The notes beneath the pieces are model-generated. The model was given only the letters and a program-made list of their open reading frames with translations, ran no database searches and was not told the DNA's origin. DNA of 45,253 nt, from positions 1 through 45,253 of the IMG/VR virus record IMGVR_UViG_3300038466_000102; one strand, given 5' to 3'. Origin of the DNA: a virus. The position numbers and the translations under genes are program-made. This document shows positions 33,446-39,658 of this stretch, one piece after another; the stretch's first letter is position 1, and every line of letters begins with the position of its first letter.

Positions 33446-33716
33446 TCGTTTGGGTCGGGGGACCATTGTGGTTTCCCGGCCGGACCGATCAGCGATTTTT
33501 GTCAGGTTTTCCACCTCCCAGAATATCACTTCTACCTGGTCGGTTCTTTTTGGTGGCTGTTTGGGTGCTCGGGTTTCGGCCGGTCACTATGTGTTTGGTC
33601 GTGCCGATCCGCTGTCACGCGTTGACAGGCGAGGTTGGTTTACCCGAGCATTACCCGTATTGGCTTTGCTCGCCGGCTTTTTTGGGTTTTCCGGTATGTG
33701 TTTATCTGGGTGTTTT
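33446..33716 (+). other. A-depleted, G+T-rich noncoding segment 1 (candidate structured RNA or cis element)
   Basis: About 28 A in 271 nt by hand count. A 12-bp hairpin at 33453-33481 has three G.U pairs that work only on the + strand RNA. GGCGAG/CTCGCC plus GGCTTTTTT lies at about 33629-33684. No SD-preceded ORF is present. Confidence 0.5.
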
Positions 33717-33768
33717 GCTATCGGGTAATCTTGGTCTTGACAGGCTGTTTCCGGTTATGGTTAACTGG
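33717..33768 (+). repeat. 52-nt repeat copy 2 carrying the promoter-like module
   Basis: Identical to 32333-32384; TTGACA at 33737-33742. Confidence 0.85.
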
Positions 33769-33797
33769 GGTAGTTATTAATTTTAGGAGGAGGGTTT

Positions 33798-34076
33798 ATG
33801 TCTGCTACTACTCAAAAGCCCAACCGGGATCCGCTGGTGGCTTGTTTGTCGCTTATTATTCAGGCCCATGAGTCGTTGGGTCGCTATTATGATGAGGCGG
33901 CTAAGGCCGGTTTATCCGGTGATCGGTTGGTCACTCTGACTAAAGGATTTATTGCCCTTGAGTTGGCTTCTTCCGGGCTTCGGTCGTTGCCTGACATTGA
34001 CGATTTGGTGTCGGCTCGCAGTCCGATGGTTGCTGAGCCTGGCCTTCGCGGATCAGTGAAACGGAGGTGGAATTAA
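33798..34076 (+). CDS. Hypothetical protein (92 aa)
   Basis: Track ORF; AGGAGGAGGG upstream. Confidence 0.65.
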   Translation: MSATTQKPNRDPLVACLSLIIQAHESLGRYYDEAAKAGLSGDRLVTLTKGFIALELASSGLRSLPDIDDLVSARSPMVAEPGLRGSVKRRWN

Positions 34077-34077
34077 T

Positions 34078-34179
34078 ATGGGTTACGAACATTATGGGTT
34101 TGTGCTTAAGTGGGACGATTTGCCGGAAATTCAGGAAATCCGGTCGTTCTTGGCTGGCCCGATTAAGGGGGTGAAATAA
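34078..34179 (+). CDS. Hypothetical small protein (33 aa)
   Basis: Hand translation MGYEHYGFVLKWDDLPEIQEIRSFLAGPIKGVK; GGAGGTGG upstream. Confidence 0.4.
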   Translation: MGYEHYGFVLKWDDLPEIQEIRSFLAGPIKGVK

Positions 34180-34181
34180 TT

Positions 34182-34412
34182 ATGGTTGACTACGAATTTT
34201 ACGGCGACTCCTCCATCCTCGGCTTGTCCGTGGACGGGTCTGCCGAGGTGTTTATTGATCTGGACGACGTGCGGAACGTTTCCCGGGCGGTTGACGATGA
34301 CGAGGTTAATCCGTCTATTCCGGTGGCCGTGTCGCCGGAGGATGTGGGCGGTTTGTTTGGAGCGCATGGATGTGCCGAGCAATGTCCGCGGCTTGAGGAG
34401 GAATTGGAGTAG
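34182..34412 (+). CDS. Highly acidic small protein (76 aa; 19 D/E versus 3 K/R)
   Basis: Track ORF; GGGGGTG upstream. Residues were counted by hand. Confidence 0.65.
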   Translation: MVDYEFYGDSSILGLSVDGSAEVFIDLDDVRNVSRAVDDDEVNPSIPVAVSPEDVGGLFGAHGCAEQCPRLEEELE

Positions 34413-34422
34413 CTGTTCTCTT

Positions 34423-34455
34423 GCCCGGTCACTCGTTTGGGTGGCCGGGCTTTTT
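34423..34455 (+). terminator. Intrinsic terminator (10-bp stem plus TTTTT)
   Basis: GCCCGGTCAC (34423-34432) pairs with GTGGCCGGGC (34441-34450), including one G.U, around an 8-nt loop. TTTTT follows at 34451-34455. Confidence 0.65.
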
Positions 34456-34800
34456 GATTTGTCCCTTGAGGTGGCGTTTACTTCTGTCGCCCCCGGGCCG
34501 GCGCTGGGCAGTTTTGTTCTGCTTGTTTTATTGCCGGTTTCACTAATTATAGGCTCGTCGCATAAGATATATTGTGCGACACTCCAGGGGTAGCACTTCT
34601 ACCTCTGTTCGCCCTTGCCTGTTGCTCTGCTTCTGTATCTGTTAATCCCAGGCTATACTATGTGCCTGGGCTTGCTGATCGTGCGTTAAGCGCTGCTACG
34701 CGCAGGCGCTAAATGGCTGTTTTGGCACACAAGGCTTGTTTAGCTTGTTTCTTGCTAACTATAGGGGTATTTGCTGTTGTTGTGTGTTTGTCGTCAGCGC
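34456..34800 (+). other. A-depleted, G+T-rich noncoding segment 2 with several hairpins and GCTTGTTT repeats
   Basis: Hairpins are CCCAGG/CCTGGG (about 34647-34670), GTCGCA/TGCGAC (about 34556-34579) and AGCGCTGC/GCAGgGCGCT (about 34688-34710). GCTTGTTT occurs at 34521, 34734 and 34743. No SD-preceded ORF is present. Confidence 0.5.
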
Positions 34801-34804
34801 GGCC

Positions 34805-34823
34805 GGGAGGGGGGGGTGGGGGG
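34805..34823 (+). other. G-tract GGGAGGGGGGGGTGGGGGG (G-quadruplex-capable)
   Basis: Read directly: G3-A-G8-T-G6 on the + strand, in noncoding sequence. Confidence 0.8.
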
Positions 34824-34963
34824 ACGAAAGAGTCTCTCCGAGTTTTAAGGTTCTTCTTTCCTAGACCGGCCTAGAATTTTTTTGAAAAGTTTTGGATCCT
34901 CTTTTGGCCTATAATAGGGGTCCCAATTTTTAAATTTTTTAGGAGAAAGTTTTAAGTTGGGGC

Positions 34964-34993
34964 TTGACTTAATAAATCGTTAAGTGGTATTCT
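34964..34993 (+). promoter_or_regulatory. Promoter (TTGACT-18 nt-TGgTATTCT) containing AATCGTTAAG
   Basis: TTGACT at 34964-34969, TG at 34985-34986, TATTCT at 34988-34993. The ATG at 35002 is 8 nt after the -10. Confidence 0.55.
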
Positions 34994-35001
34994 TGGGGTA
35001 T

Positions 35002-35172
35002 ATGCCTCGTAAAGTAATTAATCATTGTGCCTACTGCCAGAAGCAGGTGGACCGTAATGTTTTCTGCAGGAACTCCCACCGGGTGATGTTTTTCCTTAAG
35101 AAGAAAAAGCAGGAGGAGAAAATGGCGGCAGCGGTTCTAAGGAAGGCGCTTGCTTCTAAACCTAATGTCTAA
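35002..35172 (+). CDS. Small Zn-ribbon protein (TRASH/FCS-like) immediately upstream of terL
   Basis: In-frame ATG in track ORF 34984..35172. Contains CAYCQKQV...VFCRNSH and a basic tail. It overlaps the terL start. Confidence 0.55.
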   Translation: MPRKVINHCAYCQKQVDRNVFCRNSHRVMFFLKKKKQEEKMAAAVLRKALASKPNV

Positions 35173-36793
35173 CTCTACTTTCTCTCTTTCTCAGGCCGAG
35201 GCGTTTAATTCTCTTGCCTGGATACTTAATAATAAGATCGTCAATGAAAACGGTTCCTCCTTGGAGTTTGCCGACCATTCCTTTATGATTGATCCTTTCC
35301 TGGATAACTCTGAGCGCCAGGTAGCTGAGAAATGCTCGCAGATCGGCTGGTCAACCTTAGCCATTCTTAGAAGCTTCCATTTAGCCCGCTACGCCGGCGC
35401 TAATATCATTCACACCTTTCCCTCCCGTAATATGTCTAAAGACTTTGTCATCCCTAAAGTCAATCCGCTTATCCAAAGAAATCCGTCTATTAAGGCTATG
35501 GTCGGGACCGACTCCTTAAATCTTAAGCAGGTGGGGGACCGCTTTATCTACTACAGGGGCAGTTATGAGCAAACAGAGGCTATCAGTATCTCTGCCCATA
35601 TCCTGATTAATGATGAGTACGATCGTTCTAATCAAAAGGTCTTAAAGACTTACCGCAGCCGCTTAGATGACGCTAAACGTGAGCGGCCTGAGCTTGGCTG
35701 GGAGTGGCGCTTCTCCAACCCTTCCATCCCCGGTTATGGCGTGGATGAGCTATGGCAGAAGTCGGACCAAAAGCATTGGTTTGTTAAATGCTCGCATTGC
35801 AATCGGGACTGGTATTTGGACTTTCCAGAGAACATTAATTTTGATACTAAACAAAAGGTCTGTGATAAATGCCATAAGCCTTTTTCTAAGTATGACCTAA
35901 CCACCGGCCGTTGGGTTAACAAGGCCGAGTCTAAAATCTCCGGCTACTGGATTTCGCAGATGTTTGTTCCCTGGATCAGTGCCACTAAGATCATTGAGGA
36001 CTCTGAGGGTGATCCGGGTGTGTTCCATAACTTTACTTTAGGCAAACCCTTTATCAGCAAGGATGCTTCTGTTTCCCGGCAGGCGATCCTGCGCTGCATT
36101 GTGGCGACTACTAACTCCCGCGCCGGCGTAGCTATCGGCGTGGATAATGGTATCACTAAGCATTATGTTGTCGGCAACCGCACCGGCATTTTCCTGGTCG
36201 GGGAGACTAAAGATTGGGGGGTGATTGAAGATCTACGAAATAAGTTTAATGCTACCATGGTGATTGACGCTTTGCCTTACCCAAATGAACCGACCCGGAT
36301 GATGAATAAATACCGGGGCAAGGTTTTCCTTTCCTACTATCAGCCGGACAAGCGGGCGTCAGGCATGGTTTATTGGGATTATGACGACGGGATTGTCCGT
36401 TCGGACCGGACCAAAATAATTGACTTTGTGGTGGCAGAGATTAACAGTAATGATGTTAAGTTTAACCTGACTGCTAACGATCTGGATCAGTATATCTGGC
36501 ATTGGCAGCAGCTTTACCGGGTAGTGGAGCTTAACACCCAGGGTATCTTGAAACCTAAATGGAAATGTATTGAGGCTAGACCGGATCACTATGCTCATGC
36601 TACAGTGTTCTGGAGGCTTGCCTTAGAGCAGACGTTAGGGCAAGGCGGCGTAGTTGGTCCCACTGCTGCCATATCATTAAAAGACCGGCACCAGGAAGTA
36701 GGACCCGACTCTACCGTTCCTGCACTTAACTTGGAAGAGGTCGTCAGGCGGGCCTCGTTTGGTCCTAGCCACCGGTCCTGGAAAGTGCGATAA
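35150..36793 (+). CDS. terL: Terminase large subunit (GpA-like)
   Basis: Track ORF, 547 aa. Has the Walker-B-like ILINDEYD and an internal CSHCN...CDKCH zinc motif as in GpA-type terminases. A portal-sized gene follows. The start may be TTG 35150 or ATG 35165. Confidence 0.75.
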   Translation: MLLNLMSNSTFSLSQAEAFNSLAWILNNKIVNENGSSLEFADHSFMIDPFLDNSERQVAEKCSQIGWSTLAILRSFHLARYAGANIIHTFPSRNMSKDFVIPKVNPLIQRNPSIKAMVGTDSLNLKQVGDRFIYYRGSYEQTEAISISAHILINDEYDRSNQKVLKTYRSRLDDAKRERPELGWEWRFSNPSIPGYGVDELWQKSDQKHWFVKCSHCNRDWYLDFPENINFDTKQKVCDKCHKPFSKYDLTTGRWVNKAESKISGYWISQMFVPWISATKIIEDSEGDPGVFHNFTLGKPFISKDASVSRQAILRCIVATTNSRAGVAIGVDNGITKHYVVGNRTGIFLVGETKDWGVIEDLRNKFNATMVIDALPYPNEPTRMMNKYRGKVFLSYYQPDKRASGMVYWDYDDGIVRSDRTKIIDFVVAEINSNDVKFNLTANDLDQYIWHWQQLYRVVELNTQGILKPKWKCIEARPDHYAHATVFWRLALEQTLGQGGVVGPTAAISLKDRHQEVGPDSTVPALNLEEVVRRASFGPSHRSWKVR

Positions 36794-36802
36794 TGATATA
36801 AT
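36794..36802 (+). promoter_or_regulatory. Extended -10-like element TGaTATAAT, 5 nt before ATG 36808
   Basis: No SD is present; 19-nt identity with 8999-9017. Confidence 0.45.
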
Positions 36803-36807
36803 AAATT

Positions 36808-37050
36808 ATGGATGAACTTCTTCCCGAAAAAGAGTTATGTACTGACAAGTATGCGACTTTGTTCTTTGGCCGGCTTAGTGACGGCCGGAAGCATAACTGT
36901 AGGTGCATGAACTGCGGCAAGCTGATGTTTAAATATGACGGTAATTTGGAGGCGGTGTTTTTGGATGGAGGCATCGTTCCTAATAGTGCTTCCTTTGAGG
37001 AAAACAAATGTGGAAGGTGTGGTTATAATTACCGGATTGTTAAAATGTGA
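36808..37050 (+). CDS. Com-like zinc-finger protein
   Basis: Track ORF. RCMNCGKLMFKYDG...KCGRCG parallels Mu Com RCKNCNKLLFKADS...RCPRC. Confidence 0.45.
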   Translation: MDELLPEKELCTDKYATLFFGRLSDGRKHNCRCMNCGKLMFKYDGNLEAVFLDGGIVPNSASFEENKCGRCGYNYRIVKM

Positions 37051-37056
37051 TAAAAT
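37048..37056 (+). promoter_or_regulatory. Extended -10-like element TGaTAAAAT, 6 nt before ATG 37063
   Basis: Read directly; no SD before the portal gene. Confidence 0.4.
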
Positions 37057-37062
37057 TAAACT

Positions 37063-39087
37063 ATGCCAATACCTAACTTAACCAATACCGGCGACGAGAA
37101 TCAAAGCGGATTTGGGGATAACACGGAAGCTTTTTCTTTGGGGATGAAGGATGAGGATTTATTGGCAATGGTGAAAAGCAAAGTGACTGCTTCTACCGCT
37201 TTCTGGGATAAAACATATAATTTGAGTACGGTCCGGAAAAACAACCAAATGCGCTGGGAGAATAAAAATTTGGAAGTGTCGCCGGACGGAGGCGTGCTTT
37301 ATGACTTTCAAGTGCCTTACCGTGACAACCGCATCTTTACCTCGGTGGAGACGCTGATGGGGGCTCTGGCTTCTAAAATGCCTGAGCCGGTCGTGCTGGA
37401 GGCGTTTGATACTGATGCTTCGCGGGAGCTGGCTCAGAACTACGGCCAGGTGTTAATGCGTTGGGCGGACGAGGTTAATTTAGTCGGTAACTTTCAGCAG
37501 GCGATCCGGCATTTGCTGCAGGGTTACCGGGTAGGGATAATTAAATGGTGGTGGGACTTTTACGATGGGATCATGAAACCGGATGGTTCGTTTTATGGTA
37601 TGCCTAAAGTTAAGGTTTGCCAGCCGGATAGAGTGGTGATTGGTGATAAAGCGACTAACCCGGCAGATGTGCCTTTTATCGCTGAGTATATGTCCTCTAC
37701 TTTGGATGAGTTGCTGATCAGGTTTCCCAATAAAAAAGCCGAGTTGTTTATGCAGGCGGGGATTACTAACGGGGAGTATGACTGGAGATTGTTAAATAAG
37801 GAAGCGGATTATGTGGAAAGCTGGTTTACTTTTTATTCTGAGGGACAAAGGAAAGAAGGCGTTTGCTGGACCTTGGGCGACACGATTCTGCTGGACTCCG
37901 GTATTAATCCTTACTTTAACTATACTGAAGCCGAGGGGACTAATATTCATCCCCGGCCGATGAAGCCTTATGCTTTAATTAACTTCTTAAATACCGGCAA
38001 GTGGGCCTTGGATGATACTTCGCTGACTGAACAGGCGGCTACCCTGCAGGATGTCTTAGAGAAGCGTGGCCGACAGATCGTGGAGAATGCCGATCAGGCT
38101 AATTCAACGAAAGTGTTTAATGTCAATATGATTGACGCTACGGCGGTGGAGCGCTATGTCGGCGATCCGAATCAGTCATTAATGGTCAAAGGCAGCGTTA
38201 ATGAAGCTTTTAAACGTGAGCCCCCGGCCCTGCTGCCCTCTTATGTCTTGCAGGATAAGTACGATGCCCGGTCGGAGATTGACAATATTTTCGGCACTCA
38301 TGCGCCTTTGCGCGGAGAAAAGACTGCTTCGCCGACTTTAGGCCAGGAACAGTTATCGCAGCGCTCGGACCTGGGCCGGCTGGAGGTGCTGTCGCAGTCC
38401 TTGGAAGTTTCCGCTAATGCTATTTATGCCGGGGTGACGCAGCTATACAAGGTTTTCGGGGTAGAAGAGCATATGATGAAGTTTCTCGGTCCGGATGGCA
38501 AGACGGCGTTTTATAAGTTTTCCCGGGATAAGATTGAGGATGGGATTGAGATTAAGATTCAGCACGGATCCATGCGGCCGGATGATGTCACTATGGACAA
38601 GATGCAGGCAATGGAGATCGCCAAAATCGGCGGCCAGATTGACCCGCTGACTTTAGCGGAGAAGATGCATTGGCCTAAGGCCAGGGAGCTGGCTAAACGG
38701 ATGATCAGCTTTGCCTGGATGCCGGACCAATACATCAAGGAAGTGCTGGGGCAGGGAGCGGATGAAGGGCAGCAGGAAGTGATCCAGACTATCCAAAGGA
38801 TAAACTCCGGGCGGGCAGTAGAGGCTAAGACTGATGCTTCTAAAGACTATATTGCCGGCTACCGTTCTTATTTAAGTTCGCCGGCTTTCCAACAGTTGCC
38901 GCCACAGCTGCAGCAGCTTCACTTAGTTCATGTTAAGGCCACCTTGGCCGCTTCTAAAGGTTCACTCTCCGGCAAAAAGCCGGCTGGGCAGGACTTCGGC
39001 GAGGGCGAAGATAAACCAAATATTTTCAAAAAATTCCGTGATATTATTTTAAAGCAGCGTAGCGGGGCGAAGGAGGAGAATGCCTAA
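37063..39087 (+). CDS. Portal protein (by size and position)
   Basis: Track ORF, 674 aa, between terL and the scaffold/capsid genes. No specific motif was recognised. Confidence 0.6.
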   Translation: MPIPNLTNTGDENQSGFGDNTEAFSLGMKDEDLLAMVKSKVTASTAFWDKTYNLSTVRKNNQMRWENKNLEVSPDGGVLYDFQVPYRDNRIFTSVETLMGALASKMPEPVVLEAFDTDASRELAQNYGQVLMRWADEVNLVGNFQQAIRHLLQGYRVGIIKWWWDFYDGIMKPDGSFYGMPKVKVCQPDRVVIGDKATNPADVPFIAEYMSSTLDELLIRFPNKKAELFMQAGITNGEYDWRLLNKEADYVESWFTFYSEGQRKEGVCWTLGDTILLDSGINPYFNYTEAEGTNIHPRPMKPYALINFLNTGKWALDDTSLTEQAATLQDVLEKRGRQIVENADQANSTKVFNVNMIDATAVERYVGDPNQSLMVKGSVNEAFKREPPALLPSYVLQDKYDARSEIDNIFGTHAPLRGEKTASPTLGQEQLSQRSDLGRLEVLSQSLEVSANAIYAGVTQLYKVFGVEEHMMKFLGPDGKTAFYKFSRDKIEDGIEIKIQHGSMRPDDVTMDKMQAMEIAKIGGQIDPLTLAEKMHWPKARELAKRMISFAWMPDQYIKEVLGQGADEGQQEVIQTIQRINSGRAVEAKTDASKDYIAGYRSYLSSPAFQQLPPQLQQLHLVHVKATLAASKGSLSGKKPAGQDFGEGEDKPNIFKKFRDIILKQRSGAKEENA

Positions 39088-39223
39088 AGCAATGGAAGAG
39101 GCGTTAATTATTGCCGGTAGGGCTAAAGGTTTTACTGGAAAACGGCTTAATAAATATGTTTATGGTCATATGCGTAAAACCGGTTGGAAACCCTCACGAG
39201 AGAAGAAAGGAGGCAAAAAATGA
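39080..39223 (+). CDS. Small basic protein (47 aa)
   Basis: Hand translation MPKAMEEALIIAGRAKGFTGKRLNKYVYGHMRKTGWKPSREKKGGKK; AAGGAGGAG upstream; ATGA overlap downstream. Confidence 0.45.
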   Translation: MPKAMEEALIIAGRAKGFTGKRLNKYVYGHMRKTGWKPSREKKGGKK

Positions 39224-39519
39224 ATGGTGTATCTGTATCTCCGGAAATGCCTAAATCCATGGAACAGGAGCATAAAGACCGGATTGCCAGGGAGGCGGCC
39301 TTAAAGAAACGGCTGGAGTCGCTGCCGCAGGATAACCCGATCGTTAAAGCCGCCCTGGACCAAAAGCAGGAAGCAAAAGACCGATCCAAGAAGTCGGCCA
39401 AGTGGGAGATCGTGGAAAATCTGCAGTGGACGGCTTACAATGAGTTCTTTGACGAGGGAATGTCGTTTGAGGAAACGGTTAAATCTTTAGGCCAGGCTTT
39501 AATTGAGTTGGTAAAATAG
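39220..39519 (+). CDS. Scaffold-like helical protein (99 aa)
   Basis: In-frame ATG in track ORF 39184..39519, preceded by AGGAGG. The sequence is charged and helical and lies between portal and capsid genes. Confidence 0.5.
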   Translation: MNGVSVSPEMPKSMEQEHKDRIAREAALKKRLESLPQDNPIVKAALDQKQEAKDRSKKSAKWEIVENLQWTAYNEFFDEGMSFEETVKSLGQALIELVK

Positions 39520-39562
39520 GCTTTGTTAAGGATTGTTTCTTGAGTAATCGGCAGTTTACCTC

Positions 39563-39592
39563 TTGACAAAATTAGACCGTTCGGAGTATTAT
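39563..39592 (+). promoter_or_regulatory. Sigma70-like promoter (TTGACA-18 nt-TATTAT) for the capsid gene
   Basis: TTGACA at 39563-39568 and TATTAT at 39587-39592, intergenic. Confidence 0.6.
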
Positions 39593-39658
39593 TGTTGTAA
39601 CTATCGTAGTGAGGTCATAAACCCTTTTATTAAATATTTGATAGTAAAGGGGTTTAAT

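Noticed and set aside
32333-33768. Possibility that the 52-nt, 40-nt or 26-nt repeats are a CRISPR array or CRISPR-repeat mimic
   Set aside because: There are only two or three copies. They are separated by 0.27-1.4 kb of protein-coding DNA rather than by short uniform spacers. The repeats are not palindromic in the CRISPR manner, and there are no cas genes.
33450-33871. Three mutually overlapping + strand ORFs (33450..33728, 33466..33780, 33635..33871), and similarly 34186..34593
   Set aside because: They owe their length to the near absence of A, so no stop codon is possible. They start at non-ATG codons without an SD, run through terminator-like hairpins and the 52-nt promoter repeat, and overlap SD-preceded genes. 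I treat the region as noncoding, while noting that translation should be tested.
18700-35000. Lysogeny module (integrase, CI/Cro-type switch, excisionase) or att site
   Set aside because: No ORF shows tyrosine or serine recombinase motifs or a divergent repressor pair. All transcription units point the same way. The small HTH and Zn-ribbon proteins alone do not support temperate status.
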